A DNA stretch of 53,849 bases from Bacteroidota bacterium (GCA_018224345.1 JAGTUW010000059.1:1-53849); one strand, 5' to 3'. Counted from the first letter of the stretch, positions 29,401-39,703 are shown. Notes: generated by a model from the letters alone, not told the origin. A program made the numbers and translations.

Positions 29401-30560
29401 AGTCCATAATCTTTGATTTTTCTGTACAATGTTCGTTCACTGATGTTCAATGACTCTGCTGCAAGCCGGCGGTTGCCTTGAAAACGGCGCAAGGTGTGGG
29501 CAATAAGTTGCTCTTCCATGCCGCGCAGTGTCATGTCCTCGAATTCGATCGTGGGGCGTTCCTCCCGTTCCTGGCCCGCAGGCAGAGACAACGGTGAATG
29601 CGACGACCTCTCGCTGATCAACTCGCGCAACTCCCTTACATCGTTTCTTATTTCATAGAGCATGCGGAAAAGCAATTCGCGCTCGGCCTGCTCGGGTGCG
29701 ATACCGAGATGCATCGGCAAGGACCGTCCGTATTCCGGTTCTTCCATGATCTGGAGATACTTGGCGATCACCTCCTCGTCGATCACATTTCCCCGTTCGA
29801 GAATGATCATGCTCTCGATGACATTTTTGAGTTCGCGTACATTCCCCGGCCACTCATGTCGTATCAGGGCAGCCATCCCGTCATCGGTGATGAGAATGTC
29901 CCTGCTTGCGTCGCCTCCCAGTGTGCGCATGAACTCCTCGACAAGCAGAGAAATATCGCCGCGCCGATTGCGCAGGGGAGGGATACGTATGTTGACGGAA
30001 CGCAGACGAAAAAACAAATCCTGCCGGAATCGGCGAGTGCGTACTTCCTCATCAAGATTCTTATTGCTGGCGGCGATAACGCGGACGTCAGACCTCCGCG
30101 GTTCCGGACTGCCCACACGCATGAACTCCCCGCTTTCAAGAACGCGCAACAATTTCACCTGTGTCGATATCGGTGTATCGCCGATCTCGTCAAGAAATAT
30201 CGTCCCTTCATCTGCAAGTTCGAAATATCCTTTGCGTGTTTCTATCGCTCCGGTGAACGATCCTTTCTCATGGCCGAATAATTCACTCTCAAGTATCCCC
30301 TCCGGAATCGCGCCGCAGTTCACGGGGATGAATTTCTTCGAAGCCCTTTTGCTGGCACCGTGGATGGCTTTGGCGATCACTTCCTTTCCGGTACCGCTTT
30401 CACCCGTGACAAGTACGGTGATGTCGGTCGGCGCCACCTGCATGATAGTGTCGACGACTTCACGGATTTCCGTACTCCTGCCGATGATACCGTGCCGACG
30501 CTGAAAGCTCTGCCGGTCCCCGGACGATGCACTCATCATACCTGCGTCACTGTTACTCAT
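29397..30560 (-). CDS. Sigma-54 enhancer-binding protein lacking any N-terminal sensor/receiver domain (AAA+ + HTH only)
   Basis: I prefer the ATG at 30560 (AGGAAG upstream) over the GTG at 30602. Motifs: GESGTGKE, the GSFTGA variant of GAFTGA, FLDEIG, and a C-terminal HTH ([23 protein letters not shown]). Only about 35 aa precede the AAA+ core. Confidence 0.88.
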   Translation of the reverse strand: MSNSDAGMMSASSGDRQSFQRRHGIIGRSTEIREVVDTIMQVAPTDITVLVTGESGTGKEVIAKAIHGASKRASKKFIPVNCGAIPEGILESELFGHEKGSFTGAIETRKGYFELADEGTIFLDEIGDTPISTQVKLLRVLESGEFMRVGSPEPRRSDVRVIAASNKNLDEEVRTRRFRQDLFFRLRSVNIRIPPLRNRRGDISLLVEEFMRTLGGDASRDILITDDGMAALIRHEWPGNVRELKNVIESMIILERGNVIDEEVIAKYLQIMEEPEYGRSLPMHLGIAPEQAERELLFRMLYEIRNDVRELRELISERSSHSPLSLPAGQEREERPTIEFEDMTLRGMEEQLIAHTLRRFQGNRRLAAESLNISERTLYRKIKDYGL

Positions 30561-30656
30561 ACTGTCTCTTCCTGCGTGCAGGGAAGACACACGGGATGCC
30601 ACATATCAGTTGCTGTGGCAAGCGCTGCCTTCCATGTTTCTTTCATGTTCTTCCTG

Positions 30657-31466
30657 TCAGCGACGGACGACGATAGCGTCGATGTTCTGCTGTTCCTTGA
30701 TTCGTTTCGAGAAGTCCCGTGCCTGACTGAAATCGGGAAATATTCCCAGCCATACCGCATACACTGTCTTTCCCTGTACTGTTTTTTCCCGCACATACGC
30801 GGTGTAGCCACGCTCCTTCAGCTCGTTGACCTGCTTGCCTGCATCGACTTCACGGGAATATGCTCCCACCTGCACGGAGTACTGCTGCGCTTCCGTCGCT
30901 GTCCCCGTCGAGGATGCGAACTGTTCTTTCGTCCCGGATCGAGGCGGTGTCTCCTTCGGATTCTCAGAGCTGCGCGAAGCTGTACCCACACCCCGGGGCG
31001 CGGCCTTCGCCACATCCTCGACGACGGTTCCGGATTTTCTGCCCAGGAAAGGTGACGTGGGATGTTCCTTTGCAAGTCGCTCAGCATACGTGCGTGCGGT
31101 GCGATAAGCGCCAACGGCATAGCTGTACTGGTAGAGCCGGTACAGTGCATCATCGGCCCATTCACTGCCGCGATGCTCATCAGCAACCCGCTGATACAAC
31201 GCTATTGCCTTCTCCGCATTGCTCAGCAACATGGCTTCAAGAAATAATACCCCCGCCTTGTCGGGATGTGATTTTTTCAGCGCCGGTAACATGGCAGCCA
31301 CTTCCTGCCCCTCGCCCGCATGGACCTGACCGACAAGGATGGCGATATCGCGCCGTGTCTGCGCCTCCGCATCGAAGTCCGAACCAACCAATCCGACGAC
31401 GAGAAGTATCAGTGTCAACAACGACAACGATGTATGAGGTGTGCGTCCCATGCCGATCAGATTCAT
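30657..31466 (-). CDS. SPOR-domain (peptidoglycan-binding) protein with TPR-like N-terminal part
   Basis: A signal/anchor segment (LSLLTLILLVVGLVG) is followed by a C-terminal SPOR signature, YSVQVGAYSREVDAGKQVNELKERGYTAYV...YAVWLGIF. Confidence 0.8.
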   Translation of the reverse strand: MNLIGMGRTPHTSLSLLTLILLVVGLVGSDFDAEAQTRRDIAILVGQVHAGEGQEVAAMLPALKKSHPDKAGVLFLEAMLLSNAEKAIALYQRVADEHRGSEWADDALYRLYQYSYAVGAYRTARTYAERLAKEHPTSPFLGRKSGTVVEDVAKAAPRGVGTASRSSENPKETPPRSGTKEQFASSTGTATEAQQYSVQVGAYSREVDAGKQVNELKERGYTAYVREKTVQGKTVYAVWLGIFPDFSQARDFSKRIKEQQNIDAIVVRR

Positions 31467-31474
31467 TAACAGGC

Positions 31475-32800
31475 TCAGGCTGCCCGGACTGCAACCGGAG
31501 TCGGAGTTTCTCCAAACAGCGTTGCTGACGTGGCAGCGACGATGCGTACGTCGGCGTACGAGCCCGGAGAGATGTTTGATTCAGGGATAATGACTGACTT
31601 GTTCGTATCCGTCCGCCCCATCCATTCTTCCTCGGAACGTTTGCTTGCTCCTTCAATCAGAATACGTTCCATCTTTCCGATACGTGTCTGATTGATTTCA
31701 TAGGAGATGCGACGTTGCACATCGATGATCTCCTCGAGACGGCGACCTTTGACTGCGTCCTGTATGTCATCACCCATACTCCAGGCGCGGGTTTTCTCGC
31801 GTGGTGAATACTTGAACATGAACGCACTGTCGAAACGCACCTCCTCAAGCAGGGAGAGTGTCATCAGATGCTCCTCCTCGGTCTCCGTCGGGAAGCCGGC
31901 AATGATGTCCGTCGACAGAGCAACGGTGGGGATACGTTCCCGTATGCGCCAGATCAGATCGAGATAATGCTCGCGTGTGTAACTCCTGTTCATCAAATCC
32001 AATATGCGATCGGATCCGGACTGGAAGGGCAAGTGGATGTAATTGCAGATATTCTCATGGGCTGCGATGGTGTCAATGAGCGCGTCGGACATATCCTGGG
32101 GATGTGATGTCGTAAAGCGCACGCGCAGACATGCATCCACGGATGAGACCGCCGCAAGCAGCGCGGCAAAATCATGGTCTCCGTCCCTGTAGGAATTAAC
32201 GTTCTGACCAAGCAACGTCACCTCGCGAAAACCGCGATCGAAGAGCTCCCTAGCCTCACTGACCACACCATGCAACGAACGGCTGCGCTCGCGTCCGCGG
32301 GTAAACGGCACGACGCAATAGGTGCAGAACTTGTCGCAACCCCGCATGACGGAAATCCAGGCGCTGAGTCCCTCCGTGCGTAACGGAACAATGTCATCAT
32401 AGGTCTCGACACGCGAAAGCTGCGTCCGCACGCCTTGTTCTCCCAGCAGCGCCTCATCAATCAGCGCCGGAAGTCTGCGATATTCGTCGGGACCACAGAC
32501 AATATCGATGATGGAATTACGTTCGAACAAATCCTTGCGCAGACGCTCGGCCATGCAGCCAAGTATGCCGAAGACCATGCGCGGATTCCGTTTTTTCAAA
32601 TGTGCAAAATTCGACAGCCGACCGTAAATCCGCTGCTCTGCGTGTTCGCGGATGGCACAGGTGTTCATGAATACGGCATCGGCGTGTTCCGGATCCGTCG
32701 CCAGTTCATAGCCCTGTTCATTGAGAATGCCGTTGATGATTTCCGTATCCGCCAGATTCATCTGGCAACCGTATGTCTCTATGTAGATGGAGCGTGGCAT
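31475..32800 (-). CDS. miaB: tRNA-2-methylthio-N6-dimethylallyladenosine synthase (radical SAM methylthiotransferase)
   Basis: IETYGCQMNLADTE is present, along with the radical SAM motif CDKFCTYC and a TRAM-type C-terminus. Confidence 0.93.
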   Translation of the reverse strand: MPRSIYIETYGCQMNLADTEIINGILNEQGYELATDPEHADAVFMNTCAIREHAEQRIYGRLSNFAHLKKRNPRMVFGILGCMAERLRKDLFERNSIIDIVCGPDEYRRLPALIDEALLGEQGVRTQLSRVETYDDIVPLRTEGLSAWISVMRGCDKFCTYCVVPFTRGRERSRSLHGVVSEARELFDRGFREVTLLGQNVNSYRDGDHDFAALLAAVSSVDACLRVRFTTSHPQDMSDALIDTIAAHENICNYIHLPFQSGSDRILDLMNRSYTREHYLDLIWRIRERIPTVALSTDIIAGFPTETEEEHLMTLSLLEEVRFDSAFMFKYSPREKTRAWSMGDDIQDAVKGRRLEEIIDVQRRISYEINQTRIGKMERILIEGASKRSEEEWMGRTDTNKSVIIPESNISPGSYADVRIVAATSATLFGETPTPVAVRAA

Positions 32801-32944
32801 GTTTCGTCGTTTCTGTCAATTTGGCAGTGAAATATGAATGAAAAATTTTATTAGATTAGTAAAATAGACAGTCTGCTTGGCAGAATCAAGGGCGAAGGCT
32901 CGTCCCTGACCTGATCTCATCCCCGGATGTGGTCGGAACGAACA

Positions 32945-32980
32945 AAGAAAAAACCGGGAGCGGCGAACACCGTCCCGGTT
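32945..32980 (-). terminator. Rho-independent terminator of the Rrf2 gene
   Basis: On the minus strand, an 8-bp stem (aaccggga/tcccggtt) with a 13-nt loop is followed by TTTTTTCTTTGTT. It lies 28 nt after the stop. Confidence 0.7.
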
Positions 32981-33007
32981 CTCCGGAATGTATTGTACCG
33001 GCTTGAA

Positions 33008-33658
33008 TTATTTTTTCTTCCCGGTTGCCGATTTTTTCGCTGCAGGCTTTTTCGCTGCAGGCTTTTTCGCTGCAGGCTTTTTCGCTGCAGGCTTTTTTGT
33101 TGCAGACTTCTTCGCTGCAGGTTTTTTGGCGGCCGCTTTTTTTGCTGCGGGCTTTTTTGCCGTTGCTTTTTTCGTGGCAGCCTTTTTGGCCGGCGCCGGT
33201 TTCGCTCTCTGTTCCGATGCCATCAGGCCTGCAATCAACGTGCGATACCGCACTGGCATCTCTTCAGCGAGATCGACAATCGCCTTGCTGTTGACCAGTG
33301 TGCGAATTTCTTCGCGAATACGCTGCCACTCGTGGTGGAAAGGACAAGCGTTTTCCTCGCTGCACGGACTGAAGCCGGCAAGACACATGTCGAAGTTCAT
33401 TGGTCCGTCAACGACGGCAACGAGTTCGGCAATCGTGGAATCCGCGCCCTTCTCGGAAAGAGAGAACCCCCCTTTGGGGCCTTTCACCGAGTTGAGAAAA
33501 CCATAACGGCTGAGCGTCTGGAGAATTTTGCTCAAAAAGGACGACGGGAGTCCCAGCTCCTTGGCCACATCACGAACCAGAATGTTCTGGCCCATGTTGT
33601 TGGCTGCAATAAAGAGCATGGACTGAATTGAGTACTGAGCGGTTTTTGAGTACAACAC
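33008..33658 (-). CDS. Rrf2-family transcriptional regulator (three-Cys putative Fe-S site) fused to a 65-aa histone-H1-like AKKPA-repeat tail
   Basis: GTG start with GGAGA 8 nt upstream. The wHTH region reads ...VRDVAKELGLPSSFLSKILQTLSRYGFLNSVKGPKGGFSL. The Cys cluster is CLAGFSPCSEENAC. The tail is AKPAPAKKAATKKATAKKPAAKKAAAKKPAAKKSATKKPAAKKPAAKKPAAKKPAAKKSATGKKK. Confidence 0.88.
   Translation of the reverse strand: MLYSKTAQYSIQSMLFIAANNMGQNILVRDVAKELGLPSSFLSKILQTLSRYGFLNSVKGPKGGFSLSEKGADSTIAELVAVVDGPMNFDMCLAGFSPCSEENACPFHHEWQRIREEIRTLVNSKAIVDLAEEMPVRYRTLIAGLMASEQRAKPAPAKKAATKKATAKKPAAKKAAAKKPAAKKSATKKPAAKKPAAKKPAAKKPAAKKSATGKKK
33033..33092. repeat. Four perfect tandem copies of a 15-bp unit (tttttcgctgcaggc, = PAAKK on the minus strand), flanked by degenerate copies out to about 33205
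   Basis: Read directly from the sequence. The repeats lie inside the 3' end of the Rrf2 CDS. Confidence 0.9.
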
Positions 33659-33875
33659 GTGGCATGTCTCCTGTGATGGTGGGAAAAATAAATAAAGATT
33701 TGATTACCTTTTGGTTGGAAAAGTAAGCTCTTTTTCTCGCAATGTCAAGACCCACGCATCTAAAATTACTATTGCGCAAAAAGGACGGACATGATCGATT
33801 CGAGCGAATGCAATACAAGATAAAACTTTCAATTGATACAGAAAAGTTTCAGATGAAAAAATCTAAAGGTCGTCT

Positions 33876-35813
33876 ATGAGCCTTCATGAAGGAACATCGT
33901 GTGTTTACGATCCACTTATCGCTTTCATGGATCATTTCACTGACGCGAGTCAGGCAACGCAGGTCACGCGGGATACATCCGGGCTGACGGTGGAGGAACA
34001 GTTGAAGCGACGCATTATCGACGGAGATCGCATCGGTCTCGACAGTGACATAGCTCTCGCGCTCCGCAGTCATGATGCACTTGCAATCATCAATGACATT
34101 CTTCTCGACGGCATGAAAACCGTGGGCGAGCTCTTTGGTTCCGGCCAGATGCAACTTCCGTTCGTCCTGCAATCCGCCGAAACCATGAAGTCGGCCGTGG
34201 CCCTGCTCGAACCCCATATGGATAAAGTCGATCATGCGGCGAAGGGAACGATCGTGCTCGCAACCGTCAAGGGTGATGTGCATGATATCGGGAAGAACCT
34301 GGTGGACATCATTCTGAGCAACAACGGGTATCGGGTCATCAATCTCGGCATCAAGGTCCCGATTGAACAAATCCTCACAATCGCAAACGAACAGCATGCC
34401 GACGCCATCGGGATGAGCGGCCTGCTGGTAAAGTCCACATTGATCATGAAGGAAAATCTTGAATTGATGCAGCGACGCGGCATCGACATTCCCGTCGTTC
34501 TGGGCGGCGCGGCCCTTACCCGCCGCTTTGTGGAAGATGATCTTCGTCCACTGTATCCGGGTCCGCTGCACTTCGCCCGGGACGCCTTCGGTGGACTGCG
34601 CTTCATGGAAGAGATCGCCCGGGGCAGACTCTATCCGGATGGTACAGATCACACGAAACCAGACACACCGCGCACGGCAACGGAGCGCGTGTCCGCCCCC
34701 GGCGAAGAAGAAATACAGGATCGCACGAATGTCGTCAACAGTCCCGACAAAATTGAACGCCCCAATACCGACGAGGAGGCCCTCGCCGGTAAGGAAGCGA
34801 AGAGAGCGGCGAAGGATGCCCCCGGCGGGGCGGCGATGGAAAGCTCCTTGCATCTGCGAGAAACGCAGCGACAGCAGGCGGAAGGGCAGCGTGCCTTCGA
34901 GAGCAACAGGAGCGGACGACCCGCATTTCGTGTCCGTTCCAACATCACACGAAATGCACCCGTCCCGACACCACCATTCTTCGGTTCAAAGATCGTCCCG
35001 GATGTGGCGATCGAGAAAGTGTACGAGTACATAAATGAAGTCGCCCTTGTTCGGGGGCAGTGGCAATTCCGCCGGGGAAAGCGCAGCGAAGACGAGTACC
35101 GGCATGAGCTTGAGACCGTCGTGCGTCCCCGCCTCGAAGAACTCAAGCTCCGCCTCAAACGCGAACGCGTCCTGCGGCCCAATCTTGTCTATGGCTACTT
35201 TCCCTGCCGGAGTGACGGCAACGATCTTATTATCTATCGACCGTCCGATCTCAACGATGAGGCGCTGCATGTGCCCTGGCCACGCACTGATTATGCTCCC
35301 GGCGAATTGACCGAGTGGTTGCGTTTCTCATTTCCACGGCAGAGCGGTGACCGCTATCTTTGTATAGCGGACTTTTTCCGCCCGGTTGACGAAGCGGCAA
35401 TCGACGTATGTGCATTTCACATCGTGACGATGGGTGCGTTTGCAAGCGAATACACGGCAGAACTTTTCGCCCGGAACAAATACGAGGACTACCTTTATAC
35501 ACACGGTCTGTCTGTCGAGAGTGCGGAAGCACTTGCCGAATACTGGCACAAGTCCATACGGATTGAATTGGGCATCGACGGCGCGGACGCGAAAGACATC
35601 CGGCGATTGTTTTCCCAGGGTTATCAGGGGTCACGTTATTCATTCGGCTATCCTGCCTGTCCGAATCTTGAAGATCAGTCCCGGCTCTTCACGCTCCTTG
35701 AACCGGAACGGATCGATATTACACTGACTGAAGAATATCAACTGGTACCCGAGCAAAGCACGAGTGCAATAATCGTTCACCATCCAGAAGCAAAGTATTT
35801 CAACATCAAGTGA
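33876..35813 (+). CDS. Stand-alone C-terminal half of cobalamin-dependent methionine synthase (cap + B12-binding + AdoMet reactivation domains)
   Basis: The B12 motif reads ATVKGDVHDIGKNLV...GMSGLL...VVLGGAA. The activation domain shows VYGYFP, CIADFF, CAFHIVTMG, RGSRYSFGYPACP and PEQSTSAIIVHHPEAKYF. No Hcy-binding or pterin-binding domain is present. An in-frame TAA lies 9 nt upstream of the ATG. Confidence 0.88.
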   Translation: MSLHEGTSCVYDPLIAFMDHFTDASQATQVTRDTSGLTVEEQLKRRIIDGDRIGLDSDIALALRSHDALAIINDILLDGMKTVGELFGSGQMQLPFVLQSAETMKSAVALLEPHMDKVDHAAKGTIVLATVKGDVHDIGKNLVDIILSNNGYRVINLGIKVPIEQILTIANEQHADAIGMSGLLVKSTLIMKENLELMQRRGIDIPVVLGGAALTRRFVEDDLRPLYPGPLHFARDAFGGLRFMEEIARGRLYPDGTDHTKPDTPRTATERVSAPGEEEIQDRTNVVNSPDKIERPNTDEEALAGKEAKRAAKDAPGGAAMESSLHLRETQRQQAEGQRAFESNRSGRPAFRVRSNITRNAPVPTPPFFGSKIVPDVAIEKVYEYINEVALVRGQWQFRRGKRSEDEYRHELETVVRPRLEELKLRLKRERVLRPNLVYGYFPCRSDGNDLIIYRPSDLNDEALHVPWPRTDYAPGELTEWLRFSFPRQSGDRYLCIADFFRPVDEAAIDVCAFHIVTMGAFASEYTAELFARNKYEDYLYTHGLSVESAEALAEYWHKSIRIELGIDGADAKDIRRLFSQGYQGSRYSFGYPACPNLEDQSRLFTLLEPERIDITLTEEYQLVPEQSTSAIIVHHPEAKYFNIK

Positions 35814-35815
35814 CC

Positions 35816-37213
35816 ATGCGATCGCATCCCGAACATACGGAAACACACAGTGGAGAGCGTCCTGCCGGTCGTGTAAAACGACTCTTTATCATTTCGTTCC
35901 GCAGTCTGTTCTGGCTGTTTGTATTTATTGGAAGCTGGGGGCTGATCGCATCGATGATTCCGTCCTTTCCAGGTCCGTCTGCAGCATTGCGTTCCGGTCT
36001 GCATCTTGCCGGCAGCACAGGGAATGAAGTATACCACTGGATTCGTGGAGATGAACTCGCGATCGCTGCCAAACGGGTCCGCGATGCTGCAGTGGAACAC
36101 CGTACCGCAGACACGACGCGTTCCGATGTGGAAGCACTCACCGAGGACCGACGCAGACGACTCCCGATACATCCACTGCGTGAGGACTCTCTTCTGCAGT
36201 CACAGCTCAAACAGATTTCCGATGTACCTCCGGTCAGCGGCCGATTGATCAATATTCTGATCATCGGCATTGATTCACGTCTCTCCGCCAGGCATGCACG
36301 CGCAGACGCTCTGCATCTGGTGACCGTCAATCCGGACTCTGCGATAGTTGAAATCATGTCCATCCCGCGCGACTCCTATGTTGACCTTGGATATCCCGAC
36401 ACGACGCATTTCAATATCATTGCCAACGCCAAGATGACCGGGAACAAGCTGCTGATGCGCAAGGTCGCCGGGCTCTGCAACCGTGGCCCGGTCAACTTCT
36501 ATGTCGAAGTCGGATTCAGTCAGGCCATGGGCATACTGGAAATGCTTGGCTACGGTGACCCGGTCAGCACGCTGCAATTTCTGCGTACACGTCGCACACT
36601 GCCGGGAGGCGATATTCAGCGTGCGCATAACCAGGCGCTGTTCATGCGACAGAATCTGATCGACAGGTTCCCACTCCTGACCGGTGTCTCTGGAGAAGTG
36701 ATTGTTGCCGCCGGCCTGAACTTCGTCACCACAAATCTTTCACGGGATTTCTGCCTCGGTCTCCTGTACAATCTGGACAGCAAGGGCTTCCCGCATCACC
36801 GTGAAGATGCAGTGCGCCTCCGCATGCTTCCGGGAAACCATATCCGCCTGCGTCAGATGACTGCGGATTCTGCCACTGTCATTGCAACGCTCGAACGCGT
36901 GCGGGGCGTGCGGGGCGGGACGGATGATGCCGGGCTTGATGTCACCGCCTATCTTCGCCGTGTCTATACCCGTGCAATGAAGGATTCCACGCGACCAGGA
37001 CAAATCATCTATCGCCTCCGCCGTCTCAACGAGCAGCACGCCTGGCTTCAGATACAGGAGACCCATGCACGCAAGGGAATTCGGGACACGCTGACCGGTC
37101 TGCTCGAGTTCGCACTCCGCGAGGTCGGAAAAACCGGGGAGGCCGACGAGGTACGACGAGCGCGGGAAGCCGAAGATCTGCTCATCCGTCAGCAATTGCT
37201 CCGGCAGAATTAG
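35816..37213 (+). CDS. LytR-CpsA-Psr (LCP) family protein with an N-terminal membrane anchor
   Basis: The TM segment is LFIISFRSLFWLFVFIGSWGLIASMI. The LCP core reads INILIIGIDSR...RADALHLVTVNP...IMSIPRDSYVDL. The start is either the ATG at 35816 or the GTG at 35810, which overlaps the upstream TGA. Confidence 0.82.
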   Translation: MRSHPEHTETHSGERPAGRVKRLFIISFRSLFWLFVFIGSWGLIASMIPSFPGPSAALRSGLHLAGSTGNEVYHWIRGDELAIAAKRVRDAAVEHRTADTTRSDVEALTEDRRRRLPIHPLREDSLLQSQLKQISDVPPVSGRLINILIIGIDSRLSARHARADALHLVTVNPDSAIVEIMSIPRDSYVDLGYPDTTHFNIIANAKMTGNKLLMRKVAGLCNRGPVNFYVEVGFSQAMGILEMLGYGDPVSTLQFLRTRRTLPGGDIQRAHNQALFMRQNLIDRFPLLTGVSGEVIVAAGLNFVTTNLSRDFCLGLLYNLDSKGFPHHREDAVRLRMLPGNHIRLRQMTADSATVIATLERVRGVRGGTDDAGLDVTAYLRRVYTRAMKDSTRPGQIIYRLRRLNEQHAWLQIQETHARKGIRDTLTGLLEFALREVGKTGEADEVRRAREAEDLLIRQQLLRQN

Positions 37214-37339
37214 CTACAGACACGCGTTCCCGGCGGTTGAACACACGTCTCTCACAAAAAGCAAACAAAGCCCGGGCACGATTCCCTTTCTCCGGTGGTT
37301 TTTACTCTATACATTGACTTTTGTCGTTTGCGTGCATAA

Positions 37340-38383
<1,044 letters not shown>

Positions 38384-38406
38384 CCGTACAGAGCAGTACT
38401 GTGTAC

Positions 38407-38443
38407 GTGGCCTGCGGTTGATCTTGCCGCGGGTCACTTTTTT
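38407..38443 (+). terminator. Probable rho-independent terminator after gap
   Basis: An imperfect GC-rich hairpin (gtggcctgcgg...ccgcgggtcac, with two G-U pairs) is followed by TTTTTTGTTT. Confidence 0.55.
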
Positions 38444-38503
38444 GTTTACGACAAATGATTTCGTAGGTTTTTCACGCCACTGTACCGGGCACAGGAGTAT
38501 GGT

Positions 38504-39703
38504 ATGAAGAAGATGACCGTTCGAGACTATGATATTCAAGGGAAGCGCACGTTGATGCGTGTCGACTTCAATGTTCCCCTCAACGATGCAGGTGAGGTGA
38601 CCGATGACACACGAATCGTTGCCAGCCTTCCGACCATCAAGGCACTGATTGAGAAAGGCGCGACGATAATTCTTATGAGTCATCTCGGTCGTCCGAAAGG
38701 CAAGGTGGACCCGGCCTTCAGTCTGCGACCCGCAGCCGACCGGCTCTCCTCACTGCTGGATCGCGACATCGCCTTCGCCGATGACTGTATCGGCGACACC
38801 GTCGAAAAGATGGCCGCAGATATGCAACCAGGCGATGTGCTTCTGCTCGAGAATCTGCGCTTTCACAGAGAGGAAAGAGATAATGACGAGCAGTTTGCGC
38901 GCACTCTTGCAAAACTCGGCGATGTGTATGTCAATGATGCGTTCGGTACCGCGCATCGCGCCCACGCATCTACCGTGGGAGTGGCACGTTTCCTGCAGCC
39001 TGCACTTTCAGGCTTGCTGATGGAAAAAGAAATCGGGAATCTGAACCACGCTCTTCATAATCCTGAACATCCCTTTCTCGGCATTCTGGGTGGCGCCAAG
39101 ATTTCCGGAAAAATCGATGTCATTTCCAATTTGTTGGAGAGAATCGATATATTTCTGATTGGTGGTGGCATGATGTTCACCTTCCTCAAAGCACAAGGGA
39201 TGGAGATCGGCTCCTCTCTTGTTGAAAAAGATAAAATCGCATTGGCCGCAGACATCCTCCGGAGAGCAGAGGAGACCGGGAAACAGGTCATCCTGCCGGT
39301 CGACACCATCGTCGGCAGAGAGTTCCGCAACGAAACGGAACGGCGGACGGTTCCGGTAACCGATATCCCCTCTGATATGATGGGACTCGACATTGGTCCG
39401 GAAACGATCACACTCTTTTCGCATCATATGTCCAGAGCCCGCACTATCGTCTGGAATGGTCCGATGGGCGTCTTTGAAATGCCGAATTTTTCACGCGGTA
39501 CCTTTGCCATCACGGAAGCGTTGGCGACCGCCACAGCACAAGGTGTGTTTACCCTGATAGGCGGTGGCGATTCCGCCTCGGCCATCAAGCAGGCGGGCCT
39601 CGAAAACGACGTGACGCATGTTTCCACAGGAGGAGGCGCCTCACTCGAGTTTCTGGAGGGGAAAACCCTGCCCGGTATCGCGGCACTGACCGATAAGAAC
39701 TGA
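38504..39703 (+). CDS. pgk: Phosphoglycerate kinase
   Basis: RVDFNVPL, SHLGRPKG, NDAFGTAHRAH and GGGDSA are present. AGGAG lies upstream of the ATG. Confidence 0.96.
   Translation: MKKMTVRDYDIQGKRTLMRVDFNVPLNDAGEVTDDTRIVASLPTIKALIEKGATIILMSHLGRPKGKVDPAFSLRPAADRLSSLLDRDIAFADDCIGDTVEKMAADMQPGDVLLLENLRFHREERDNDEQFARTLAKLGDVYVNDAFGTAHRAHASTVGVARFLQPALSGLLMEKEIGNLNHALHNPEHPFLGILGGAKISGKIDVISNLLERIDIFLIGGGMMFTFLKAQGMEIGSSLVEKDKIALAADILRRAEETGKQVILPVDTIVGREFRNETERRTVPVTDIPSDMMGLDIGPETITLFSHHMSRARTIVWNGPMGVFEMPNFSRGTFAITEALATATAQGVFTLIGGGDSASAIKQAGLENDVTHVSTGGGASLEFLEGKTLPGIAALTDKN

Noticed and set aside
33011-33205. The short tandem repeats, considered as a possible CRISPR array or minisatellite.
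   Set aside because: The copies are contiguous with no spacers, the unit is only 15 bp, and the repeats are in frame within a CDS. This is not a CRISPR array.
32927-33631. Plus-strand ORFs with FRCRLFRCRL / FFAAGFFAAG repeats (32927..33631, 32988..33506, 33025..33294).
   Set aside because: These are mirror-frame artefacts of the 15-bp tandem repeat that encodes the AKKPA tail of the Rrf2 gene on the minus strand.
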